The position numbers were made by a program, and so were the translations under genes. The notes beneath the pieces were generated by a model. The model ran no database searches, was not told the DNA's origin, and worked only from the letters and a program-made list of their open reading frames with translations. From contig CM052824.1 in assembly GCA_028534125.1 (NCBI GenBank), positions 60,016,001 to 60,080,000 on the forward strand: a DNA stretch of 64,000 nucleotides, written 5' to 3'. Shown piece after piece: positions 24,191-36,275 of this stretch. How positions within the stretch are numbered: position 1 is the stretch's first letter; each line of letters opens with the position of its first letter. This DNA comes from Lama glama (lineage: Eukaryota).

Positions 24191-26269
24191 AGAACAGCTT
24201 CTGATGGGCCTGGGAACCCGGCACCCTCCGTCATCCGCTCGCAGCATTTGAGTTGAGAAAAGCCACAAGATAAAGTGCAGACCTGGGGGAGGTGGGGAGG
24301 GAGCTGGTTCCCAGCTCTGGTCCCACGTCTGTGCCCCGCGGCTGACGCCCGCGACGGGGCGCACTGGCCTGTGGCTGTCTGAGCAATGTGCCCCTGGGGC
24401 TGGGGTGTCCCGTGCGGTCCGAGTGTTCGGATTCCCGGCGTGCCTTCCTGCAGCCCACGAGAGGAGAGGCAGGCTTCGGATGAGTTTCATTTGAGCTGAA
24501 GGAAAAACACTCCAAGCAGTTTCATTCTCGCATTCACACCGCACACTTCGACAGCCAGAATGGCTTTCTCCCTTTTGTCACGATTTTTAAAAATGTGTAG
24601 AGGAGGCGCCGGGGTACCAGCGTGCGGGGAGGGGCCGCCCGGGCTGAGGGGAGCATGGGGCCAGAAGATGAACTTCGGCTCATCTGAGTTGCTTCCACTT
24701 CTCAGAAGATAACAGGTGTCATAAACTCCAGGAACGTTTGCTTCCACAAAAATCGATGGCGCCCACAATCAGGGCCGGGCGGCCGGGCCCCAGCTGCGCC
24801 AGCCCGGGCTGGGCTTGCGCGGTAGCGCCCTAGCCGTAGAAAGAGGCCTTTATTTTGGCCTCATCCGGGCACTCTGCAGAGGCCGCGCACCTGTGGGCAG
24901 GTGGTCCCGCACCCCCGCTCGCTCCGGGGAGCCCGGGAGCCATGGCTTCTGGGGCTGGCCCGTCCACCCCTCAGGCCCCGCCTCTGGAGAGCAGCCAGCC
25001 GCCGGCTTCCACGGCAGGCTGGGCAGCTGCACTTCCTCCAGCCCCTTTGGATGCAAGATACTCTGGGGTTTGGGAACCACTGGCCAGGGAACCCCAGGTG
25101 GACAGGGTCAGACGCACAGAACCGCACAGCCCAGCACTGAGGGCTCTGGTGCCTGACCCCAGCCCCACGCTGGGAACACCCAGAGTCTTTGTAAAACGCT
25201 GATGCCTGCCCCCCGAACCCGTCTCATCGATGTAACAGGTGTGGCCCAGGAGGGCCCAGCATCCCGGTCTGTGGAACCTCCCAGGAGATCCTGGAGTGCA
25301 GCCGGGGCGAGAGCAGGTCGCGGGGCAGCGGGGCTGCTCGGCAGGTGTCCGTTTCCATCTGAAGCCCACCAAGGAAGGAGGGGCGGTTGGTGACGGGCTG
25401 AGAGCCCCCACCCCTTGTGGCGGAGGGCGGGAGAGATGCCTTCCTGGGACAAGGAAGACTCCAGCGCTCGGGCCGGCCCGGGCCCTCGGGAAGCGCTTCA
25501 CCAGCCTGAGCCTCCTGAGCAGGCACCGGCAGGCAGCGGGCAGCTCGCCTCCAGCGGACAGTGAAGTCTGCGGCCACCAGCTCTCCCACCCAGGCTGCTG
25601 GCTTTGCGGAGGACGGGCCCCGCGGGACCTGAGCTCAAGGTCGTGGCACCTGTGCCACTGAGACCGGGCCCCGTGGGCGCATCCGTGACCACCCTCCTCT
25701 CCTGTGGCACCAGCGCCAGGGTCGCAGGCCCCTGCTGGGGACAGAGCAGGCCCCGGGGGCCGGCGGACAGAGGGTGGTGTCGTCATTGCGAGGGCTCCCG
25801 TGCCGTCCTCTCCCCCGCTGGGCTTTTCTGCCAGAGTGAGGGGAGAGCGAGCTCTCCAGGAGGGACTCAGGTGTGCGTGCCAGCACATGCGTGTGGGTGC
25901 ACACCGCACACACGTGTGTCCTTGCTGGCGTGCATCCTGTGCCCGTGAGAGTGTGTGTGTCCCCGGGGCTCCGGAGAGCTCAGGGCCAGCGAGAAGGGGC
26001 CGGAGGCAAAGTGCCCACCCTCCCTCTGCTTCTTGGGAACAGGGCTGCGCGCACTGCCCGTCGGAGGCCAGGCTTCGCCACGGTTGGTGGCCCGGGAAGC
26101 GGCTCTTTATTTTTGCTGAAGGAAATACAGCACTTACACACTGGGTCCCCTCGGGACGAAGGGCACCCACAAGGCGAGGCTCCCACAGGCCTGGGCGTTC
26201 TTCCCCTTTTCACACAAAGGCACTGCACCCAGCAGCTCTCTGCGTCTCGCAAGAGAAGTCCCACACATT

Positions 26270-26400
26270 ATCCAGCTCGACTGTCCCTCTTACACAGCGA
26301 AGCTGCTCAGAGAGGTTAAGTGGCTTGTCTGAGGCCACATAGCAGCAGACCACACCAGTACCTGGAGGGACCAAGTCCGGGCCTCTGCTTCTGTCTTCCA
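26270..26400 (-). mobile_element. MIR SINE remnant
   Basis: gctcagagaggttaagtggcttgtctgaggccacatagc. Confidence 0.75.
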
Positions 26401-29400
26401 GGGGCTGTTTCCCTACAGATCAGAGTGAGCTGGAGACAGTGGGGCCCGGCCAGCACTTTCTCCAATGTCTCCGTCTCTGCCAGAGTTGCACGTGGCAGCC
26501 TAAAGCAGGTGTCAGCAGTGGCCATTCCAGGCCCGGCCCCGGCCTGAGCCATCACTGCCATCCACCTAGAGGACTCTGGGCTGTGAGACAATGCTGCTCC
26601 CCGGCTGGAGTCGGACTGGCTTGACTGCCGGGGTCCAGCATCCCGGCCGGCGTGGATCCTCGACCCGCTGAGTGCTGAGTGGCTGACAGGCGCTGGCTTT
26701 GCTGGGACCGTGGTGGCTCCCCCAGGGCGGAGCCGGGCCGAGCTAGCTGTCTTTCCTCGCCCAGGCCACCCGTCTCTACGAGGTCTCAGCAAGGACCTTC
26801 TCTAAGCAGGGCTGAGCGCTGGCTCCGCGGAGGTGAGTGGGCGGCCTCTGTGCCTCCTGCTTCTGCCACTGAGCTGCTGTTCGCCTGACTGCTGCAGGGC
26901 TCCGTCATCGGAACTGCTTTGAGGTTGGGCCATTAGACCTAACAGCTCATTCCAAACATCCCCATCCACCTAGCCTTCCAGGCTGAGGAGAACCACAGGC
27001 AGCCTAGGTGGACAGCAGGGCCCGAGGATGGCAGAGCCCGGAGCCCTGACACCTGCCGCAGGTCCTGGCTTGCCGAGCCCAAGACAGCTGGTGCCGCCCT
27101 GGAGCTGTCCCAGGTGTGACCTGGCCTGAGGCTCACCGAGCTGACCAGAGGCAGAGGACATGAGGGAGGCCTGTAGGCACCTCCTGGACTGGCCCTGCAG
27201 GGGCGTCTGAGCCAGATCAGGCCTGTGAGATGCCCGGGCTGACGGCCAAGGTGCTGAGGCCTGGCTCCGCACGTGTGGACCGGGAGGATGGAGGATTCAG
27301 ACTGGACACACAGAGCGAGGCCTTCGCATGGAGGCCAGCGCGGACCACGCTCAGGACAAGTGCCTGCCCCCCGCTCCCGTGGACACTGGCGACCGTCTGA
27401 GCAGCTGGAGGCTCATGCCTGAGACGCAGGCCGGCCCGCCCGTCCTCGGCAGCCCCGCCGGAGGCTCTCCCAGCCGAGGTTACATGGTCAGTGGTTTTCA
27501 AGAGAGGTTCATTATTACCTTGGCACTAAACATCTGTGGCCAGCGCGGCCACCTCCCTACCTCCCCAAGGATAGCCCCCAACCCTGGCCGGGTCTGGATC
27601 CCAAGGTCCCTGAGACCAGAGGAGACAGGTTGTTCCGGGACACCCACCTAAGGCTCGCCCACGCTGGGGAGACCAGGCGGGGTCCCCCCACCTCCCACTC
27701 CAGCTGCTGGGGCCGCCGCTGGGGACACGGCGAGGGCGGCTGGTTAGTCCTTGACGAGCAGTGTGGAGCCGGCCCCTCTCCTGGGCCTGTTCAGCTATTA
27801 ACTCCCAGAGGCCATTATCTTCCACGGAATCTCCCCGGTGCAGAGCTGCGGCCGGGCGCTGGGAGAATTTTATCGTCCTGTTCCTGATCCCCGCAGACAG
27901 GCCTGGGTGATCATTAACCCGGCTCCCGCCTCCCTCAGTTCCCGAAGATGAGCCTCCCCCTCCTAGAGGCACGCCAGCCCCCGCCCTCTCCTCCCACGCT
28001 CGGACCCCTTCCCCCGCCCCAGCTCCGAGGGGGAAGAATGGGAAAGCAGGTCGTCCGGGAGCTGGCCCGGCAGACAATGTGTGTCTTGTGTGAGTAATTT
28101 AGCACTGTGGCCAGTCAATCTGGTTTCTGGGCCCGCTGCCCTGACCCTCTTTAGAGAGGCTCGCTCTCGCCGGCACAGTGTGAAACGTTTTCTTTCACTG
28201 CACTGACACTCTGCAGATTGAGACGTCAGCCTGGTCCAACTGCAGCAAATTAGCAATTTTTCTTTTGCTAATTGGAAATAAAAATGTTTGCCGAGGGAGC
28301 CGTTTGTCGGCATGTGGTTTTCGGTTTCCGTGCACCAGGAGGCTGCGTTGAAAATGCATCTCGAGGCGCTGCCCACCCTGGGGTGCCCCTTACCACAAAT
28401 TCTAAGGGGCCTCGTGGCTGCAGTGTGCCGGACACGGCCCTCCCTTGCTGCTCACCTGGGACCTGGATGTCCCTCGTGTCCTGGGCGCCTCCTCTCGGGG
28501 AGAGCCGGGCCCCGCGGCCGCTGCCGCTCTTCAGAAAACCATTAGAATTGGGCAGGTGGCAAAATCGTTGGATGAGCTGCAGAGACAGCCCTTGGCCGGG
28601 AGGAGGCAAGCAGAAAATCAGGGGTTAACAGCCAGGCTGCCCTCACCTTTCCTGAGCACAGAACACTCTCCGAAAAAGCCAGCCGGCTTATCTGATTTCT
28701 GAATCAGTGTGCGGAGGACGGCACACCCCACCCTGGCATGCACCCTGGGAGGGACGGTCCTCCGGCTCCCAGGGCACTTGGAGTTTCAGCCACCCCTCTG
28801 TTCCAAGGGGGAAATGGCCCAGGCGCTTCAGTGAAAGGGGGCAGAGGGTCCTGCCGGCGCGGAGAAGGGGAGGAGGCCTCTCCTGCTGACTGGAACACAG
28901 AACGAAGGAGCCACAGGGAAGAGTCAGAGCACCCTTTCCCGAGAAAGCGGGCCAGGACCTTCAGATCAAGTGCAGCGACTCGGAAATCCGCTTACAAATG
29001 GACGCGGGCACCCCCTGCCTGTGCACAAACAGGCCTGTGTCCGTGCACGCGTGTGTCGGCGTGCAGGCGGGCATGCGCACGAGGGTGTGGTGTCGACTGG
29101 TGTCCAGTCCCTGGGCACCTCGGTCCCCCGGGTCTCTCAGGAGCCAGGCCTGTCGGGCCAGCGCGGAAAGGGTTACCGTGTTCCCCCTCCCTGTTTCTCT
29201 GATAAAGCATTTGACAGCCATGCCTAATAATTCTTTCTGCTGGGTTTTTTTCCTTGATGTCTTTATGTGAATATGAAGCCAGAATGAAAGGCTTTGGGGG
29301 ACCCCCACGAGAGAGGAAAAGCTTGAACCAGGGAGGAAGAAAGACCGTGCGGGGGGCTCCCCGCCGCGAGCCAGGCATCTCTGCTGGCAGCCCGCGACTT

Positions 29401-32400
29401 GGCTCCAGAGGCCCTTTGTCAGTGGGAGCGAGTCTTCTTCGCTCGGCCACGACAATAGGTGTTTTGTCAGCGGGGGCCGGTGGGGGAGCGCCGTGGCAGC
29501 GAGGGGCTAGCCCCGGGGCCTGCAGATGTTGGCTGAGGGATGATTTATTGCTGCAGTGTCCTCAGTGGCATTTGGCTACCTTCCCAGACCCCAACGTCGG
29601 TGGCGAGGAGGGGGGAGGCGGGGGGGCCGGGGTTGCGTAGCCGAGGCCACCCCAGACACCTTGTCTGGTGAGGCGGCAGAGGGAAGCGAGGCCGCATGCC
29701 CACAGCACCTCTGGTACCTCCGGGCAGGAGGGAGGGCACCCCGGCCGTCCCGAATGGAACTTACAGGGAACGTGAGGAAGCAGGCTGAGCCTCTCAAGAA
29801 TGTTCCCACGTTCAAAAAAAAAAAAAAGCTGCTCAGGGACCTGGTAACAGAGGAGCAGCGACTCGGGTGAACACAGTTTGCTCTCAGAAGTCACTGGCCT
29901 GGCCGCGGCGGTTTGGAACTCCGTGATCCCCTCCCTAAACTGATCCTGGCACCAGCCGCATCCTTGCCAAGTTCCCAAGTGGCCCCCCTGTGCTTCCGTG
30001 ACGCCTGGCCGTCATTCTCATCCCGAGCGAGGAGCAGAGGGCTGTGGTTTTCCTCTGGGTTCTGACCTGGCCCAAACCGGAGAGGCCGTAAGCCCAAATG
30101 CAGCCAGGAGGGCCATTCCCGTGGGGCCTCAGCCCCCATTCCAGGCCAAACAAGCCTGGAGGAGTTGGGGGCCGGGGGCGGCCCGAAGGCCCCCACACGG
30201 CCTCCTGAACCGAGAGCGCCGGAGCTGCCTCTGCGCACCCCCAGGCCCCAGAGCCGCCCGAGCTGGCGAGCTGGCCCGCCGGCCACCAAGCCAAGGAGAC
30301 CCTGGGTCGTTTCCAGGGAAAACAAATTGCTGCCGGACAACTCACAACCGAAAACCGCAGCTTCCAGTGAAATCCCGCGTGGGGGAGAATTCCATCTTGG
30401 GCCTCATCTCGTTTTGGAATGAGCTTTGAGAATACCAAGACGTGGACCAGGGAGCGCTGGAGGGGGATGTTACACAAACGACACCCCTGGCCCGGGGCCG
30501 GGAGTGCTTCCTCCTGTCCCCGCAACCTCCCAGCCAGAGGCAGGGCTGGACGCTGGGCTTACTGCGTGGGGGAGCCCGGAGCGATCCCAGGCGGGGCCCT
30601 CGGTGGCCACAGGAAGGGGTGGGGAGGGGCCGAGAGGCGGTGCGGCCGGTGGGCGCTGGTCCCTGGATGGACCATTAGCAATCTGTCGGCTCCAGTTCAC
30701 TGCTGACGGCCGCTGGCCACAGTCCCACCCTCTGTGACAGCGAGAATGATTGCAACATCTTAGGCCCCAGTTTCGGGCTCAGGCCTTCGTTCCACAAGGC
30801 CAGACGTGGCCGAAGGACGGTGTGGGCCGTGGCCCCTCCTCCAGGCCCCAGGAGACACTGAGATGCCCACCTACATGGTCTGCAACAGGCACGGGGTCTG
30901 CCCACCTGGGCCGGGCCCAGCAGGCGACAGCCCCACAGGAGCCGCGTGGGCCACACGACCCCCTGGAACCCGCAGGGTGCGGGGAGGGAGCGTCCCCGAG
31001 CACAGCCCCCCGGGGCTTGATGCTCTGTGCGTGGAGGGGCCGGGCTGCAGGGACCCACACGCGTGCTCTGAACGTCCCTCGCCGCCGGCCCCCAGCCCGA
31101 GTCCCCGCACTGGCACGGACGTGAGAACCACTCTGTGCTTTTTGTTCATCGGGCACTATTTGGACGTAGCCCGTCCAGCGTCTTGAGGGCCTGGCAACTG
31201 CCCATCAGCACAAACACCCCCCAGCTTCTCGCTGGGATATGCCGCAACATTTTTCCCATGGAAAGAGAGTGTGGCCTTTGTGAGGGGGGCATGGCCAGCC
31301 CGGATTACAGTAAAGATTAATCCCAAACAAGAGACAAGGAAACAGACAAAGGGCATCATACACTTCACTTTTCAATGGATGTTTTCATAAATGTATGAAT
31401 AATTTAAATTATCATTGCCGAGTATTTATTCGAGTGTTTCAGGGGGAAAAATGCCTCCTCTTTTTTCTCCCTCGATTCTTTTCATTTTTGTCTCATCTCT
31501 TTTATGTGCTGCATAGGCTGTTTCCCTGCCATCAGGCCCGGCCGGGACAATGGGATGCAGGGGCCGCGGGGCCGCGGAAGAATGCGGCCCTTGTTGCCCG
31601 ATGCCGGCCTGACGTTGATTAATGAGGGTGCGGGCTCGGGTGGAATCTGTGAGAGCCGAGGGGACATCAGAGGGCCTGAGGGCGCCCCGAGGCGGAGGGC
31701 AGGGGCTGGCAGGAGAAGGCCACGGCCATCCCTCCACGCCCAGTGGGAAAGGGCAGGCGGGGGCAGGAGGCACCGTGCTGTGGCCACCAGCGCAGGGGGA
31801 CAGGCGCCCCGGCGGGTCCTCCGAGGACAGGGCACTGGGAGGGGTCCGGTCCCCCACCTGCCCGGCCGGGGGAAGAGCCAGCTGCAGCCACTGGACGGGG
31901 GATATGGGCAGGGTAGCCCACCTACCCACGCCAGGCCCCCCACCCTCCCTTCTCAAACACGCTGTCCCCCCGTCTAAAGCAGGCTGGCCTGGATCACACC
32001 TCCCAAGGGGCCGGAGTGGACAGTGGCTGCAGCGGGGCCCTGCTGAGTGTCCACGAGACACGCACTTTCCTCCTGACGTGGGCCAAACGCTGCCCGCCAA
32101 CTGCAAAACCGGCCTGGCCCATTCTGCTCGCTCTGCTCCTTTCCATCCCCTCCCGCTCGGCCCTGTTTACCTACTTACTTATCTTTCTGACGGGAAACAA
32201 CACCTTGAGGGATGTCCCTTTGGGTGCCCCTGACCCCTCAGCCCTGGGCTTCAGGACTGATGGCAGTGATGGTCAGCAGATGGGGTGGTGTCTGTGAGCG
32301 GCCTTGTGATGACAGCCAGTTGGCTGAAAGGAGCACCGTCAACGCCCAACCCGTCACCTGCCTACGGGGCCCAGGCGTAGGTCGGCCGGTGCGGACCTCC

Positions 32401-35087
32401 CAGACCCCAGGGCCCACAGGGAAGGTTTGGGAGGCAGACGCCCAGGGCACCACCCGGGTCTCAGGGCCCGCGGGGGAAGGGCCCGTCCGCAGCAGGGCAC
32501 GCCCGGGCCCGGCTCCCCTCGGTCAAGGTCAAGGTCAAGGTTGTTGCGACTCTCTCCCCTCGGCAGAGATTCTTGCCTAAAGCATTTGGCAGACCTAACC
32601 CACTACTTGTGGAGGAAGAGCGTGGCGAAGGCGCCCGCCCCTGAAGATGCTCCCCTGCCCCGTGACGCCCCTCTAGCCCCTGCAGGAGAAGGTCGAGGTG
32701 ATGCCTGCCATGGCCTCAGGGTCCCAGGGCTCAGCGCTCCGGCTTTGGAAATCAGCTCCTGAAGGCCACCGTCGCTCTAGGCTCTCTGTGCTGTTTGGAC
32801 CGAGAAAGGCATTGTTTTTGCTTAGAAGGCGAGGTGGGGCTGGGAGCTGCCAGGGTCAGGCTCACCTCAGGCCTGGACGTTTCTGGTTTACGTCCGGTGG
32901 GCGGGTGTAAGAGGGGAGCCGTCTTCCCCTGCTCACGTGCCCCGCAGTAATACACCTTTTACTGGCAAGCGTTTCCACCGGGCGATGCTGACCACCCCCA
33001 CCCCCAACCGGGCTGGCTGTGTGCCGTCCAGAAAAGAGGGCTGTGATGAGTGACCGTGGGTTCCAGACCAGTCTGACCGAGTGGCCACGAGACTGGGACA
33101 CGTGTCTGGGCACAGCTCACCTGGCCGTTTGGTCTGGTTCGCTGGCCACTCCCTCTGCTCTGCGTGCTTCTGAATTAATGTACCAGGAAGGCGGCCTTGA
33201 TAATGATCTGGAATTGCAGGGTTAATGGGGGGCAGCGAGGCCCTGTGGGAGGGCACCCGTGTGGCCTTGTGAGTCCTCCGTCTGCAGCCTGGCTGTGACC
33301 TTGTTTGTGGGTGACCTTGGCTGGACGTGCCGTCCCGGAAACCCTGCTTCCCCACCTGGAGAGAGGATCCTGCTGGGAGCCCTCAGCCCCCTGGGGAAAT
33401 ATGAGGTCAGAGCAGGAGGTGCTTGGAGCAAGTAGTGGACAAAGATGGCCTCTGTCAACTCACACTTTGCCGCGGGCCAGTCCTCAGAGGAAAGGTGCCC
33501 GCGGCCGAGGCCGGTCAGATGCCCGCCCCCCGCAGGAGGTGAACGCAGCCTCCCCGGAAGGCGCCGCACAACATCGCCCCCTGAGCCGAGCTGCAGTGCA
33601 CGCCGGCCCACTTGTGGCTTCCCCGCCCGTGACAAGCCTGAGCGGCAAATTACAGCCAACACAATTTTATAATTACAGCAGCCAAGCTGAGGCAGCCCGG
33701 GCCCCGCCATCTCCCCCCCAGCAAAGTGGGTGGGGTTATTTGTGCCAGCAAATCAAGCAAAAATGGCCGTATCCACGGCCTGATGGACTTGCCACGTTTG
33801 ATTCATAGACTTGGGTGCTTTCTTCCTTTGCCCTCCCTACCACCGGCGAACCGGAGGCTCCACGAATCCTCGTGTGCTGGCCTCCTGGGCGCTGCTGCTC
33901 CCTTCCCGGAGAACGAGGCGCTGCCCAAGAGGAGGATGTGATTTGATTGGCGGTGGCTTCTGCAAGCAGGACCTTCCAAAGAAGCGCGTGGCACATGGAC
34001 GAGGGGGGGACCCCTTCCTTCCTCAGGGGACACCGTCCCACCACCAGGAGGTCCTCCCAGTTCCCCGCCCACAGCTCTGTGGGGAGGTGCTTTTAGAATA
34101 GCGCTGGGGTCTCTGGAGAAATTCAATAAAGCAAACATCCGGGGCCCTGGTCCCAGGGACCCCGGGACGAGGGAGAGGATCCTTACTGAGCTGGATACTT
34201 AAAAACTGCTCCTTCGACGCTTAGCTTCAGGGAGAGGACAGAGAGCGGGGGGCGGGGACAGAGCCAGGCGGAGGGGCGACCGAACAGCACATGTTGGGTG
34301 GGAGCCAAAGGGACCCTGCCTCGTTAATTTTAATTTGTGTGGAGCCCATGTATTGTGGCAAGTAAGGCAGCAGCAACTTGAGGACAGAGGACAAGCTGTC
34401 CTTCACTCCGTCTTTCAAGACTCCGGAAGCGCAGGGATTTCCAGCCAGGACCTCGGGGTGGGGGGGCCACCCCACCAGGACGAGGGAGGGACGGGCTTCG
34501 GCGGCCCCGTCCGAGCTGGACTCGCAGGTTCCCGTGGTGCTCCCCCGGGGGCCGCCCCGCCCCCACCGTCCACCGTGGGGGTGGGGAACGTCGCGATCAC
34601 CTGAAAAGGCAGCCGGAGGGCGACCCAAGCCCTGAGCCCGGCGGGGACAAATGAGGAGCTTAACTAGTGCGAGCGGCATGAAAGGGAGAGGGAAGAGGAA
34701 GAACAAAGCTTCCGCCAATTTGCTCTTTTGGGCTTTGTGAACACTGGCCCCTTCCCAGCGGATCGCCCCCATTGAATGAGGCCGAGCGCGCGCAGCTCTT
34801 CCGCGGCTCTGACGGGTTTTCACGGGGCGGTGAATGGAGTGCAAATTAGCGGAGCCCTCGGGAGGCTTGTTACTGTCACTCCCAAACCGACGTCCAGGGG
34901 CACCGTGAGGACTAATCAACCCGCAGAGCTCGCCCACCGTCAGGGCAAGGTAGGGAGCCGTTCATTGTCTTCTCTGTCATGTGCGTCCATTTTGCCCACC
35001 ACGGTGAGGGGCTCTGCAGGGCTGCAGCGGCAGACGCACACCCTCCCCGCCCCCTCGTGCGCGCCTGGGCCCTGGCTGCCCAGTGAG

Positions 35088-35540
35088 GCATGCACACGCG
35101 CATACATGCACACGCACAAGCACGCATGCATGCAATATGCACACACGCACATGCATGCACGCACAAACGCACACATGCACATATGCGCACACACACACGG
35201 TGCACACACAAGCACCCACATGCCAGCACGCACATATGCACAAACACACAATGCAGGCACGTGTGCACACATACACATGTGCACACACGAGTATGTACAT
35301 GCATGCAAACACATGCACACACATACATGGATGCACATGTGCACACACAAGCACACACATGTATGCATGCACCTATGCACAAACACACAATGCAGGCACA
35401 TATGCACACACAAGCACATATATGCACGCACGCACAGGCATACGCACAGGCACACACACATGCACGCACACATACATATCCACACACACGTGCACACATA
35501 CAAGTATGTTCACACGCACACGTAAACACGTGCACACACT
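35088..35540. repeat. Long degenerate (CA/TG)n purine-pyrimidine low-complexity tract
   Basis: About 450 bp of cacacacatgcacac-type sequence. Confidence 0.97.
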
Positions 35541-36059
35541 TCACGGAGGCACCCTGTGCCGCTGCCTGCAGGCTTTTTATTCTCCAAGAACCGAGGCTGG
35601 CTGGTGGCTGAAATGCTGAAGTGAGAGGCCGCGCTGGTGGAGTGGGCCACGGGGGCAGGCAGCCCCGTCTCTCCATTGCTGTGGCACATGGCCTCATGCA
35701 GCCCCTGGGGAGGGCTGGGACAAAGCCAGACTGTGGGGACCAAGCCCCACTGTCACAGAGCAGAAGGACCAGCGGAGCCGAACCAACGCACTTTCAAGAT
35801 CGATTCCACTGCGGCCCCCAGCTCAACCAAGAGATTTCGTTGCGAGCCAAAGCCCTGTTTCCTCAGGAGCCCGCCTGCTGCTCACTGAAAACTGGATCAA
35901 GTCCACAGCTTTGAAACGGGCGGACTGGGCCCTTGGGAGAGACGCACACCAAGCTGGTCCTTTATCCCTCTCAGGGTGGAGGTGGGCTGCGCTCCCAGAG
36001 GGCGGCTCACACTTAGTTCTGCTTGCTCTGCTCGGGAAGCAGCACTGACCACGCCACTC

Positions 36060-36275
36060 GGAGGCTCAGTGTGACCAGCGGGCGCCTGGCAGGCGGCGGC
36101 CTCCGGACAACACGCGCACCTGAGCCGCGATGGAACAGACGACCGTCCGATGGCAGATAAGATGCATGACTGTCTGATGAGTGGGGGAGCCAAGAAACAC
36201 TAACAAGGTGATAAACAAACAAGTGTCTGAGTGAATGAAGGGATGTGCACCTGATGAGTGAATAAAGAAACAAAC
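36060..36275 (+). mobile_element. Probable L2 3' end remnant
   Basis: gcgcctggcag followed by repeated gagtgaatgaa / tgagtgaataaa tail motifs. Confidence 0.4.

Noticed and set aside
24971-26170. Longest ORF (399 aa) and other long ORFs such as 39510-40655, 14147-15169, 5538-6512 and 46686-47573
   Set aside because: Pro/Gly/Arg/Ala-rich with no recognisable domain, overlapping in several frames. This is expected from stop-codon scarcity in very GC-rich intronic DNA.
34776-35697. His/Thr- or Cys/Val-rich ORFs resembling metal-binding proteins
   Set aside because: Translations of the (CA/TG)n low-complexity tract.
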